NCBI GenBank assembly: GCA_028877265.1
Contig: JAPPGX010000191.1
Coordinates: 66,144 to 130,143, forward strand
Length of the DNA stretch: 64,000 nucleotides
From: Acidobacteriota bacterium
Lineage (GTDB): Bacteria > Acidobacteriota > Vicinamibacteria > Marinacidobacterales > Marinacidobacteraceae
Reading direction: 5' to 3'
Shown: one piece after another, positions 35,002 through 45,500 of the stretch
Layout: each line of letters opens with the position of its first letter
How positions within the stretch are numbered: position 1 is the first letter of the stretch
Program-made: the position numbers and the translations under genes
The notes under the pieces: model-generated
The model's input: only the letters and a program-made list of their open reading frames with translations
What the model was told of the DNA's origin: nothing
Database searches by the model: none

Positions 35002-36531
35002 GTGGGCTTGAGGAATCGCGTTCTCCTGGCGGCGATCCTTCTTGGCGGGGGATTTGTGTTTCCGGCGGCGGGCGGTTGCGCCCTGCGGTCGGGAGGTTCC
35101 CCCGACCTGGCGCAGGAGGCGGCCCCCGAACTGCCCTCCGACTTTGCCGAGAATCCAGCCAGCGGAGCCCGCCAGGCGCAGGAGTGGTGGCGGGCGTTCG
35201 CCGATCCCGCGCTCGACCACGTGGTCGAATCGGTACTGGACTCCAATTTCTCCGTGGCGGAAGCGGTAGCGCGGGTCGAGCAGGCCCGAACGCGGGCCCG
35301 GCTGGCCGACGCGGCGATCCTGCCCACGGTCGGAGCGAGCCTCACCGCGGAAACCTTCGACCTGCCCACGAACGCCGCGATCGGCGCCCAACTCGAGGAC
35401 CTCGGTCTCGATTTCCCGCTGCCCGACCGGCTGGGCTTCCCGACCTATACCCTGGGCGCGGACTTTGCCTACGAAGCGGATTTCTGGGGCCGCGTCCGGC
35501 ACACCGCACTCGCGGCGGGATCCGAACTGCTGGCCTCGGAGTTCGACCTGCGGGTCGCCCGCATCGGCATCCTCGCCGAGACGATCTCGGCCTACTTCGA
35601 AATCGGCCATCTCCGGCAACAACTCGCCATCGCTCGAGGGCACGTGGAACTGCTCGAGGAACGCGAGCGGCTGGTCGAGAGCCGCTACGAACGTGGGCTT
35701 GCCGTCTCGCTCGAACTGCACGGCGTGCGTCAGGCTCTCTCGAGCGCCCGGGCCGGCGTGCCGCAGGTCGAGAATCAACTCGCCGAGACCGAGTCGCGGC
35801 TCGCCGTGCTGCTGGGAGGCTACCGGGAGGATGTCGCGGCGATCCTTCCCGAATCCCTCTCCCCGGAATCTCCAGCCGAACCGGTGCCCGCAGGCATTCC
35901 GGCCGACCTCCTTTCGCAGCGCCCGGACGTGCAGGCCGCGGGTCACCGGCTGGAAGCCGCCGGACACACCGTCGAAGCCCGTCGGGCCGCGTTGATGCCG
36001 CAGCTTTCGCTCTCCGGATCCATTGGACTCCGGAGTACGGACGCCGGAGGCCTCTTCGACGTCAAGCAGTGGTTCACGAACCTCGCCGGCAACCTCCTTC
36101 GTCCGGTGTTCGACGGCGGCCGGCTCGCGAGCGGCGTGGAACTGGCCGAGGCCCGCTTCGACGAGTTGGCGGCGGCCTACGGCCGGACCATCGTTACCGC
36201 GGTCAACGAGGTGGAAGCGGCCCTGGCCACCCTCAGGAACGAAGGCCGGCGGCAGGAATCTCTCGCCGCGCAGCACGAGGAGGCCCGCGCCTCCGTCGAA
36301 GCTCAGTCCAGGCGCTATGAGGCGGGCATCAGCGGCTATGGCGATCTGCTCGATGCGAATGCCAGACTGCTGGATGCGGAATCGGCGCTCGCGGGTTCGG
36401 CGCGGAACCTGGCGCTCGCCCGCCTCGCCATCCACCGGGCTCTGGGGGGCGCCTGGACCGCCCCGGACGAGATGGCCAGCGCGCCGGCGAGCACGCCGGA
36501 TGCCCGCGCCAAAGGACCGGCCGACCGATGA
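35002..36531 (+). CDS. RND efflux system outer membrane factor lipoprotein (NodT/OprM family)
   Basis: Lipobox FPAAGGC. It has two tandem TolC-like repeats (SVAEAVARVEQARTRARLADAAILPTV..., coiled-coil segments, LALARLAIHRALGG). Confidence 0.85.
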   Translation: MGLRNRVLLAAILLGGGFVFPAAGGCALRSGGSPDLAQEAAPELPSDFAENPASGARQAQEWWRAFADPALDHVVESVLDSNFSVAEAVARVEQARTRARLADAAILPTVGASLTAETFDLPTNAAIGAQLEDLGLDFPLPDRLGFPTYTLGADFAYEADFWGRVRHTALAAGSELLASEFDLRVARIGILAETISAYFEIGHLRQQLAIARGHVELLEERERLVESRYERGLAVSLELHGVRQALSSARAGVPQVENQLAETESRLAVLLGGYREDVAAILPESLSPESPAEPVPAGIPADLLSQRPDVQAAGHRLEAAGHTVEARRAALMPQLSLSGSIGLRSTDAGGLFDVKQWFTNLAGNLLRPVFDGGRLASGVELAEARFDELAAAYGRTIVTAVNEVEAALATLRNEGRRQESLAAQHEEARASVEAQSRRYEAGISGYGDLLDANARLLDAESALAGSARNLALARLAIHRALGGAWTAPDEMASAPASTPDARAKGPADR

Positions 36532-37745
36532 ATCGAACGAAGGGATTCATCCTGGCGGCGATCATCCTGCTGGGATCGTTCGGGATCGCAACCCTGCTGA
36601 TCGCGCAGCGGCCGGAGCCCGAGCGGCGCGAACCTCCCTCCCGGATTCCGTTCGTCGTCACGGCGCCCGCGGTCGCGGGTTCGGGGCCGATCCCGGTCCA
36701 CGGCGCCGGGACGGTCCGGCCCCGCGTCCAGGTGGAGGTGGCCGCCGGGGTGAGTGGACGGGTCGTCCGGGTTGATCCGGGCTTCGAGAGCGGCGGCCGG
36801 GTCAGCGAGGGTCAGGCGCTCTTCCGCCTCGACGACGCCGACTACCGCTTCCGGGTGGAGCAGGCCCGTTCCGGCGTCGCCGTACAGCAGGTGGAACTGC
36901 TGAAGGTCGAGGAGGAAGCGCGGATCGCCCGCGAGCAGTACGAAGCGTTCCAGAGCCGCCGTGGCGCCGCCGGGGACGCGGAAGCGAGTCCCCTGGCGCA
37001 CTGGGAGCCGCAGCTCGAGGCGGCGCGGGCCGGTGTGGAACGGGCCCGCGCGCTCCTCGCGGAAGCCGAACTCCTGCTCGCGCGAACCGAAGTTCGGGCG
37101 CCCTTCGACGCCGTGGTGCGCTCCGAGAGCGTCGGGGTCGGACAGTTCGTGACCGCAGGGGTCGGCGTCGGCCGGATTTACGCCTCCGATGCGGTCGAGA
37201 TCGTCGTCCCGCTGTCCGACGCCGATGCGGCGCTCGTCCCGGGTCTGTGGGACCTGAGGCCGGGAGTCGCGGATCGTCGGGCGGCGGCCCGGGTCACCGC
37301 GGACTACGGGACCGGCGCCTATGCCTGGGACGGGTACGTGGACCGGGTCGAGGCCGCACTGGATGAAACGACGCGCACCCTCGATGTGATCGTGCGCGTT
37401 CCGAACCCCTTCACGGGTGGTTCCCGGGTGCAAGCGGGAGAAGCGAGCGCGGACGCCGGATCCGCGCCGCCGCTCCTGATCGGCCAGTTCGCGAACGTCG
37501 AGATATCGGGGATCGCGCCGGAGGAGTACTTCCGGATCCGGCGGCTGGGGCTCCGGCCGGGCAACGAGGTCTGGGCGGTGGACGGCGAGGCGGTGACCAT
37601 CGTTCCGGTCCGCGTGCTGCAGCGCTTCGACGACACCGTCTACGTCACCGGCGGGCTGCAGGAAGGCCAGGAGGTAGTCCTGAGTGGCATTCAGTTCGCG
37701 ACCGAGGGACTGAGGGTGCGGACCGCCGCGAACCCGGACCCTTGA
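36528..37745 (+). CDS. RND efflux periplasmic adaptor (membrane fusion protein, HlyD family)
   Basis: There is a 4-bp overlap with the OMF gene. It has an N-terminal TM anchor. The biotinyl/lipoyl-like hairpin is GVSGRVVRVDPGFESGGRVSEGQALFRLDDADYR. The coiled-coil is AVQQVELLKVEEEARIAREQYEAF. Confidence 0.85.
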   Translation: MNRTKGFILAAIILLGSFGIATLLIAQRPEPERREPPSRIPFVVTAPAVAGSGPIPVHGAGTVRPRVQVEVAAGVSGRVVRVDPGFESGGRVSEGQALFRLDDADYRFRVEQARSGVAVQQVELLKVEEEARIAREQYEAFQSRRGAAGDAEASPLAHWEPQLEAARAGVERARALLAEAELLLARTEVRAPFDAVVRSESVGVGQFVTAGVGVGRIYASDAVEIVVPLSDADAALVPGLWDLRPGVADRRAAARVTADYGTGAYAWDGYVDRVEAALDETTRTLDVIVRVPNPFTGGSRVQAGEASADAGSAPPLLIGQFANVEISGIAPEEYFRIRRLGLRPGNEVWAVDGEAVTIVPVRVLQRFDDTVYVTGGLQEGQEVVLSGIQFATEGLRVRTAANPDP

Positions 37746-37854
37746 ACCTGCGGGACGTTGTAAGGCCCGGAGCGCAGGTCGATCGCCCGCAGTCGGATCC
37801 GCCGGGGTGGGGCGGAGGAGGAAGGACCTTGGGCGAGAATGCCGGTCAGGACGC

Positions 37855-38850
37855 ATGAGTGAAGACGTGCTCTCCCCGTTCCCGGAGGGTTGGTATTTCG
37901 TTACCACCCGGGGATCACTGGAGAAGGCGAGGCTCATCCAGAAGACCTGGATGGGAAAGGACATCGTCGTCTGGTGCGACGACGCCGGCGGAATCTCCGT
38001 GGCCGAGTCGGTCTGTCCTCACCTGGGGTCCGAACTGGGCCCCGCCGCCGGCGGCCGAGTGCGGGATGGCCGTCTCGTGTGTCCTTTTCACGGCTACGAG
38101 TTCGACGTCAGCGGGCAATGCGTCGCCACGCCCTTCGCCCCGCCGCCGAAGACCGCGAGGCTGAGGTCGTTCGAGACTCGGGAGGTCCTGGGCATCGTCT
38201 TCGCCTGGTGGGGAATCGACGGACGGCCCCCGCAGTGGAGCCTTCCCGAGGACCCGCCGGCCGGCGCCGACTGGTGCGAACCGGCGTTCCGGACTCTCCG
38301 GTTTCGGGGGCACCCCCAGGAAACGAGCGAGAACGCCGTGGACATGGCGCACCTCCGGTACGTGCACGGCTACGGCAACGTCGGCCGGGTCGGCAAGGTA
38401 ACGGTGGACGGCGCGTATCTGCGGAGCTGCTTTGATTTCAAGCGCACCCAGCGCATCGCCGGAGCCATCAATCTCACCTTCGACGTCTCCGCCACCGCGC
38501 ATGTCGTCGGACTCGGATACTCGCTCGTGGAGTTCCACGAGCGCTCCATTGGAATGGACGGACGCCTCTGGGTCCTTGCGACGCCCGTCGACGGCACGCT
38601 CATCGACCTGGTGCTGGTCGGACAGTTGCGAAGAATCCGGAAACCGAAGCGGCTGATCGTCGGGTTGCGGTTCCTGCCGCCTGCTCTCCGTACCGGGACC
38701 ATGAACAAGCTGATGCTGTTCTTCCAAAGGCACGACGTCATGCAGGACGTGGAGATCTGGAGCCGGAAGCGGTACCGGTCGCGCCCGAGCCTCAGCCGGG
38801 CCGACGGCGAGATCGGGTTGTACCGGCGCTACTGCAGGCAGTTCTACTAG
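37855..38850 (+). CDS. Rieske [2Fe-2S] non-heme-iron oxygenase (KshA/SdmA/PAO-like ring- or sterol-hydroxylating oxygenase family)
   Basis: ATG at 37855. Rieske motif CPHLG...(19 aa)...CPFHGY. Mononuclear iron motif ENAVDMAHLRYVHG (D-x2-H-x4-H). It is about 330 aa. It is inserted between the MFP and RND pump genes. Confidence 0.8.
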   Translation: MSEDVLSPFPEGWYFVTTRGSLEKARLIQKTWMGKDIVVWCDDAGGISVAESVCPHLGSELGPAAGGRVRDGRLVCPFHGYEFDVSGQCVATPFAPPPKTARLRSFETREVLGIVFAWWGIDGRPPQWSLPEDPPAGADWCEPAFRTLRFRGHPQETSENAVDMAHLRYVHGYGNVGRVGKVTVDGAYLRSCFDFKRTQRIAGAINLTFDVSATAHVVGLGYSLVEFHERSIGMDGRLWVLATPVDGTLIDLVLVGQLRRIRKPKRLIVGLRFLPPALRTGTMNKLMLFFQRHDVMQDVEIWSRKRYRSRPSLSRADGEIGLYRRYCRQFY

Positions 38851-38872
38851 CGCGGCCAGGCGCCCGCCTGGC

Positions 38873-40252
38873 TCAGGCGCTCCGGAACCGCCAGCCGTAC
38901 ATCACCCGGCCGTAGAAGTTGAACCACTTTCTGGCCTCCGGGTCCTCGAACGGATAGTCCGCGCCGAGCTGTCTCGCCGTGACGAGGCCGGACACGAAAC
39001 AGGTCTCCTGGCTGTTGACCAGGGTGTGCGCGCCACAGTGCCAACTCCGCCGCTTTCCCTGGACGAAGCGAAACAACTGGGTCAGGAAGGCGACGTGAGG
39101 CACGTCGTGCACGATGTGCTGAAACCACCACCTCTTGACGATCCTGCTCTCGTCGATACGGCTGATCGGGTTGTAGGTCACGAGACACGGCTTGTCCGAC
39201 GTGTTCGCCCAGGGCTGCTGGTTGTGCATGATGTAGGTGATCTCGTAGTTGTCGGGCCGCGCGCCGTACTGCTCGATGTGGTTGCTCCGGGTGGCGAGCG
39301 GCCTGGCCTCGTTGTCGGGGAGGACCGAGGCGTCCGAATGCACGACCGTGTGGTTGTGCAGTTCGCTTTCGTACCGGATCGAGGAGAGGAGCCAACCCTC
39401 CAGCCGCGTCGGCCTGTCGAGGAGCATCAGCGTCTGGTTCGCGTTGCACGCGAAGACGACTTCGTCGAAGGTTTCGGTCCTTCCGTCCTCGTCCTCCACG
39501 ACAACCTCGTTACGGCGCCGGTGGACCCTTCGCACCGGCCGGTTCAGATAGATCTTCTCGCGAAAGGCTGCGGACAGATCCCGGTAGATCCGCCGGGTGC
39601 CCTGATCCCAGGTCTGCATCGGCGTCGCGGTCTCGATGTCGAAGAAGTCCAGGTACCGCGAAAAGAGCGACGCCGGCATGTCGAACACGTTCGTCGCCAT
39701 CAGGAAGTTGACGAACATGGGCTTCAGGACCTTGTACCGGAAGTCCCCCGAGTACCTTCCCAGGTTCAGCAGCGCTCCCATGCTGACGTAGTTGAACGGG
39801 TTAAGGGAGCTGAGCAGCTTCGACCTCGAGACGTTGAGCCGGCCGAACCACTTCAGACGTCTCAGGAGACGCTGGAACTTCTGGATTTCCGGTTGCAGTT
39901 GCCTCCTGATGTCGGAGTCGAAGTCGTGGGCATAGATTCCGCCTCGATACTTCACGCTGTAGTTGAACCGCGTTTCGAGCAGCTCGATGCCGTGCTGTTG
40001 CATGAGCAGGACGAAGTGGTGGTATGCCGACGGTATGCACGCGGTGACCGAGATATCGAACGGCACCGTGCTGCCGTCGTCCTGCGGCATGTCCGCAGTG
40101 ATCGCATTGCCGCCGAGCTGCGCCTGCGCTTCGAAGAGCCGAAAATCGAAACGGTCCCGGTGGCGGTTGAGCGCCCACGCCGTCCCGAGCCCCGAGGCGC
40201 CCCCACCGACAATGGCAACCCTTCTCGGCGCGCCGCCCTTCGCTTCACCCAC
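38873..40252 (-). CDS. FAD/NAD(P)-binding amine-oxidase-like oxidoreductase (COG2907-type)
   Basis: The Rossmann motif RRVAIVGGGASGLGTAWAL is followed by FEAQAQLGGNA. The C-terminal flavin-contact block WHCGAHTLVNSQETCFVSGLVTARQLG matches the W-x-C-G-A-x-T...QE...SG pattern of the family that classically pairs with CMAS-type methyltransferases. Confidence 0.75.
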   Translation of the reverse strand: MGEAKGGAPRRVAIVGGGASGLGTAWALNRHRDRFDFRLFEAQAQLGGNAITADMPQDDGSTVPFDISVTACIPSAYHHFVLLMQQHGIELLETRFNYSVKYRGGIYAHDFDSDIRRQLQPEIQKFQRLLRRLKWFGRLNVSRSKLLSSLNPFNYVSMGALLNLGRYSGDFRYKVLKPMFVNFLMATNVFDMPASLFSRYLDFFDIETATPMQTWDQGTRRIYRDLSAAFREKIYLNRPVRRVHRRRNEVVVEDEDGRTETFDEVVFACNANQTLMLLDRPTRLEGWLLSSIRYESELHNHTVVHSDASVLPDNEARPLATRSNHIEQYGARPDNYEITYIMHNQQPWANTSDKPCLVTYNPISRIDESRIVKRWWFQHIVHDVPHVAFLTQLFRFVQGKRRSWHCGAHTLVNSQETCFVSGLVTARQLGADYPFEDPEARKWFNFYGRVMYGWRFRSA

Positions 40253-40431
40253 ATTCCTACTCTACCTTTGGGGTGCGGCCGCCCCGTCCGCTCGCCGCCG
40301 CCGCAGTAGGCGGTCCGGGGACCCTGCCGACCCCTTGCCCGCCCGCTCCATCGACTAGACTCTGACCCGGACCATCCAGTGGCGGCGGATCGGTGGGGCT
40401 GTCGAGCCGCCTCGGCTGGAGGTTGAGCACC

Positions 40432-42450
40432 ATGAGCGAGGGCACCCGGTTTCCGATCCGAATCGCCGAGGAGTTGATCCTCCTCATGCTGGACGAGCAG
40501 AGCGGCTACCTCGAGATGGTTCCGAACTGGGACTTCTCCTGTGTCATGGCCGGGGCCGTGCTCGCCGACCTGGCCCTGGAGCGTCGCATCGAGACCGACC
40601 TGGAGCGGTTGTACCTGGTCGATCCCTCACCGACCGGAGATGAGTTGCTCGACCCGACGCTCAAGGACATCGCCGAATCCGACGAAAAATCGGACGCCCA
40701 GTTCTGGATCGAACGGAACACCCGCCAAGCCGACGAAATCGTCGCAGCCGCCCTCGAGCGCCTGGTGGAGCGGAACATCCTTACCCACGAGAGCGGCGGA
40801 TTCTGGGGGCTCTCGCGCTCTGTCGCCCGTTCAGGGACTTTTCCGACCCAGGCTGTCGCGACCCGCCGGGAATCCAAGGTGAGGGTCCTGAGCGTCATCC
40901 TGAACGACGAGATCCCGGACCCGCGGGACGCCATCCTGGTCGCGCTGATGCACACCTGCGGCGGCTTCAAGCTGCTGCTGGAGGAAGAGGACTACGAAGA
41001 GCGGCTCGCCCGCATCGAACTCGTCGCCAAGCTGGACCTCATCGGACGGACGGTCGCCGCCGCCGTGAAGGACAGCACGGCGAGGCCCAAGACCCGTCGC
41101 GTCGTTCAGACGAAGCCCATTCCCAAGCCTGGGTATCTCGTACTGCTACAGCGCGACTTCCTCTCCGGCAACATCTCGAAGGCGATGTACGGCATGTATC
41201 GAAAACACGGGCCGGTCGTCAGGATGCCCTTCAAGATCCGCGGCAAGCCCGTCGTTTCGTTGATGGGTGCCGATGTCAATCACTGGGTCAATCGGCACGG
41301 ACGGTTCTATCTCCGCTCGAAGGACTACATCGAAGGGCTGGAGCACGCGTTTGGCGCATCCCGGAGTCTCCCCGGAATGGATGGCGCCGAACACTATCGA
41401 ATGCGCAGGGAACTCCAGACTGCGTATTCCCGCGCCACGCTCGCGCAGCGGCTGCCGGAGCTGATCGACGACTGCCGGAAATCGCTGAGCCGTTGGAAGG
41501 AAGGGGATGTCTTCCGCGCCACCGAGAGCTTTCAGAACCACATCAGCAGTCAGATCTCCAATTTCGCGATGGGAGTGGATTGCAGCCACTATGTCGACGA
41601 ACTGTTGGCCTTTGAACACCGTGCACTGATAACGCGGGTCCAGGGCGCATTGCCGGATTTCATGCTGTCCACCCCAAGAATGAAACGGTATGGGAAGCGT
41701 GTCAGGGAACTCCAGGAGGCGATCACCGCGGGACACACGACGGCGCTGCGCAAGGGAAAGCCCCGGGATCTGGCCGACGCGATTCTCGATCTCCACAAGA
41801 GGGACCCGCAGTTCCTTCCCGAAACGGACCTCACCTTTCCCTTCGTGGCTTCCATGGTTGCGAGCATCTATCTCGGCAGCGGACTGGCCTTCACTGTTTA
41901 CAACATGGTTCGAAACCCGGACGTGTACGCGAGGGTCCGGAGCGAGGCCGAGTCGCTGTTCGGCAACGGTCGTGAACTTGCGGGAGATGACTTCAATCAC
42001 CAGAGCATCGACGTCACGGTGCGTCTCTGCATGGAATCCTCGCGTATGTACCCGGTGATTCCATGGCAGTTGAGAACGGTCATGAACGAGTGCATCGTCA
42101 GTGGTTACGAGATACCGCCGAAGACGATGTTGCTGATTTGCCAGACTGCGCCGCACTATGCCGAGGATCTGTACCGGGATCCGTTGAAGTTCGATATCGA
42201 TCGGTACTTGCCGGACCGGGCCGAGCATCTGCAACCGGGCGCCTATGCGCCCTACGGCCTGGGTACGCACATGTGCCTCGGCCACCGGTGGGTGGAACTT
42301 CAGATGGCCGTCAACGTCCTGCTCATCGCGCATCACCTGCAGCTCGAAGTGGTGCCCGGCAACTACAAGATGGGAATCAATCCGTTCCCGACCTTGGCCC
42401 CCAACAGGAAGCTGAAGTTCCGCGTCGCCGGGGTCCCGCGTCCCGTGTGA
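40432..42450 (+). CDS. Fusion protein: N-terminal GPP34/GOLPH3-like lipid-binding domain (about 220 aa) plus C-terminal cytochrome P450
   Basis: ATG at 40432 is preceded by GGAGG (the track's 40393 start is GTG). GPP34 blocks: IAEELILLMLDEQSGYL, SCVMAGAVLADLAL, LLDPTLKDIAESDEKSDAQFWIERN, DPRDAILVALMHTCGGFKLL. P450 blocks: ExxR ESSRMYP, PERF-like FDIDRY, heme loop YGLGTHMCLG. The I-helix region (YLGSGLAFTV) lacks the usual acid-alcohol pair. Confidence 0.8.
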   Translation: MSEGTRFPIRIAEELILLMLDEQSGYLEMVPNWDFSCVMAGAVLADLALERRIETDLERLYLVDPSPTGDELLDPTLKDIAESDEKSDAQFWIERNTRQADEIVAAALERLVERNILTHESGGFWGLSRSVARSGTFPTQAVATRRESKVRVLSVILNDEIPDPRDAILVALMHTCGGFKLLLEEEDYEERLARIELVAKLDLIGRTVAAAVKDSTARPKTRRVVQTKPIPKPGYLVLLQRDFLSGNISKAMYGMYRKHGPVVRMPFKIRGKPVVSLMGADVNHWVNRHGRFYLRSKDYIEGLEHAFGASRSLPGMDGAEHYRMRRELQTAYSRATLAQRLPELIDDCRKSLSRWKEGDVFRATESFQNHISSQISNFAMGVDCSHYVDELLAFEHRALITRVQGALPDFMLSTPRMKRYGKRVRELQEAITAGHTTALRKGKPRDLADAILDLHKRDPQFLPETDLTFPFVASMVASIYLGSGLAFTVYNMVRNPDVYARVRSEAESLFGNGRELAGDDFNHQSIDVTVRLCMESSRMYPVIPWQLRTVMNECIVSGYEIPPKTMLLICQTAPHYAEDLYRDPLKFDIDRYLPDRAEHLQPGAYAPYGLGTHMCLGHRWVELQMAVNVLLIAHHLQLEVVPGNYKMGINPFPTLAPNRKLKFRVAGVPRPV

Positions 42451-42517
42451 CCGCGGGGGCGCGTAACGGCGCGGCCGACCCCGGAGTGTTTCTCAGGACT
42501 CGCTTCCACACGTATCG

Positions 42518-45500
42518 ATGAGTTCCGATCCAGGCAACCACGCGGAACCCCGTGGACCGATCGCCTACATGGCGAGCAACGGCGTGGCGTCCAACTTGCT
42601 GATGTTCGGCATCCTCGCGGTGGGCCTCGTGTCGCTGACCGGCCTCGAGCAGCAAGCGTGGCCCACGGTGCCTTTCAACCAGTTCGAGATCTCGGTGCCG
42701 TTCCCGGGCGCAACGCCCCAAGAGGTGGAGGAGGCCATCGTCGTCAAGATCGAGGATGAGGTCAGGGGATTGGCGGAGGTGAAGACGGTCCGGTCCGTAG
42801 CGGCCCCGGGAATGGCGTCCGTCAGGGTCGAAGTCAACTCCGGTACGGACATGGGCGCGAAGAGGGACGAAATCGAGTCGGCGGTCGCGCGGATTCAGAC
42901 CTTCCCGGGTGGGGCCGAGCGGCCCCAGATCCGTGAAATGACGAACGCCCAGAGCATGATGCGTCTCGTCCTCTACGGCGACGTTCCAGAGCGCTCGCTG
43001 AAGGAGCTCGCCCACCGGATCGAAGACGATCTCGCGTCGCTCCCGAACGTGTCCCTGGTCGAGACCAGCGGGGTGCGCAACTACGAGATCTCGATCGAAG
43101 TGCCGCTCGAGCGGCTGCGGGCCCTTGGGCTCACGCTGACCGACATCGCCAACACGGTTCGCCGCGGTTCCCTGGACCTGTCGGCGGGCAGCATCGATAC
43201 CGCGCAATCCCGGGTGCGGATTCGGACCCTCGGCCAGAGCTACGACCAGCAGGACTTCGAGGACATCGTCGTCCTCGGCCGCGCCGACGGCACGGTGGTG
43301 CGCCTGGGTGAGATTGCCGAGGTGCGCGACGGCTTCCACGACTCAGGTTTGCTGGTGCGGTACCAGGGCGAGCCAGCCGTGTTCGTCGAGGTTTCGCGAG
43401 CCGATGGCGAGAGGGTGATGGACGTGGCGCGCGCCGTTCGGGAACACGTCGCGAACGAGATAGCGCCCTCGCTCCCGGACGGCATGGGCATCGACATCTG
43501 GAACGACGACTCTTCGGTCTTCTCGGAACGTGCCCTCCTTCTCCTCAAGAATGGAGCCTTGGGGCTGTTGCTGGTCCTGATCGCGCTGGGTCTGTTTCTC
43601 CAGCTTCGGCTGGCGTTCTGGGTCGCCGTCGGCCTCGGCGTTTCCGCGATCGGCGCCCTGGCCGCCATGATGGTGTTCGACATCCCGCTCCACGAGATTT
43701 CGCTCTTCGCCTTCGTGCTCGCCATCGGCATCGTCGTGGACGATGCGATCGTCGTGTCGGAGCACATCCACGAGGAACGAAAGCGCGGCACGCCGGGACT
43801 CGCGGCGGCGATCCGGGGCGCGCGACGCATCAAGGTGCCGCTGGTCTTCGCGGTGCTGACGACCATCGTGGCGTTCCTTCCGCTGCTCTTCATACCCGCG
43901 GGGTTCGGAGAGGTGTGGAAGGCACTGCCGATCGTCGCTATTGCCACGCTGCTCTTTTCGCTGGTCGAATCGCTCCTGGTGCTGCCCAATCATCTGTCCC
44001 ATCATCTGCACGGCCCGGATTGGGCGCCCCGGACGGGCATGGAGCGGTTCGTCGCCCGGATCCAGAATCGGGTCGATTCCTGGTTGAACCGCTTCATCCA
44101 GGGACCCGTGGACCGCGGGATCCAGTTGGCGACGGACTGGCCCGGGGTGACGGTTTCGGCGGCCGTTGCGCTGCTCGTCCTGAGCATTTCCCTTCTTCCG
44201 GCCGGCATCGTTCCCACCACCTTCGCGACGAAGGTCGAAGGCGACTTCGCGATCGCCACCCTTGAGATGCCGGAAGGAACGACCGCGCCGCAAACGTACG
44301 CCGTGGCGCAACACCTGGAATCGGCCGGCCGCCGGGCCGTCGAGCGGCTCTCCCAAAGCCGGCCCGCTGACGCGCCTCCCCTCTTGTCCGGAGTTACGGT
44401 CGTCGTCGGCCAGCGGTCGCGGCTCGAAACCGGAGGCCTCAATCCCTCGCCCACTTTGAACCCGGAAGCCAATGTCGCGACCATCGAGTTCAAGCTCCTG
44501 AGCGCCCAGCTGCGGAGCATCACTTCGGGAGACGTCGTGCAGGCATGGCGCGAGGAGGTGGGTGTCCTGCCTCAGGTACGCGCGGTCACCTTCATCAGCG
44601 AGATCTACACATTGGGCAACCCCGTCGAGGCGGCGCTGTCCCACCCGGATCCGGAACGCCTCAACGAGATCGCGAATTCCACCGTCGCCGGCCTCGGCAG
44701 GGTCGGAGGCGTCTTCGACATACGCTCGGATCACACTCCCGGGATCCCGGAAGTCCAGGTGGGACTACTTCCCGAAGCGCGCACCCTGGGCCTCACGCTG
44801 GATGATCTTGCCCGGCAGACGCGAGCGGCCTTCTTCGGTGAGGAGGCCGTGCGGGTGCAGCGGGGACGTGACGAAGTTCGGGTCTACGTCCGGTTACCCG
44901 AGGAGCAACGGAACGCGATCACCGACGTCGAGAGTTACCGGCTCCGGACGCCAACTGGCGCCGACGTGCCGGTCAGCCGCGTGGCTTCGCTGAGTTCGGG
45001 CACCTCGCCGCCGGCCATCCGGCGCCAGGACGGCCAGCGGATTGTGACCGTTACCGCGGATGTCGATCCGAGTGTGACTTCCGCCGCGACCGCCAACGAC
45101 ATTCTGGAGAACACCATCCTGGCGGGGCTCATCGCGGAGAACCCGGAACTGACCTATACCTTCGGAGGGGAACAGCAACAACAGCTCGACTCCCTGGGCG
45201 GTCTCTATCGCGGATTCGTGATCGCGCTGCTCCTGATCTTCGCGCTGCTGGCCATTCCCCTGCGCTCCTACACGAAACCGTTCATTGTCATGGCCATCAT
45301 CCCGTTCGGGTTCGTCGGGGTGATCCTGGGTCACTGGATGCTGGGGGTCGCCGTGAGCGCGGAGTCCTTCGTCGGGATCTTCGGGTTGGCCGGCGTGGTC
45401 GTCAACGACTCCCTGGTGATGATCGATTTCACCGACCAGAAGCTCCGGGACGGCATCCCGGTGCGAACCGCGATCATCGAGGGCGCGAAGGGACGCTTCC

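Noticed and set aside
40393-40431. GTG-initiated 13-codon extension of the GPP34-P450 ORF
   Set aside because: The ATG at 40432 is preceded by GGAGG, and GPP34 family proteins begin right at the xxEELxLL helix.
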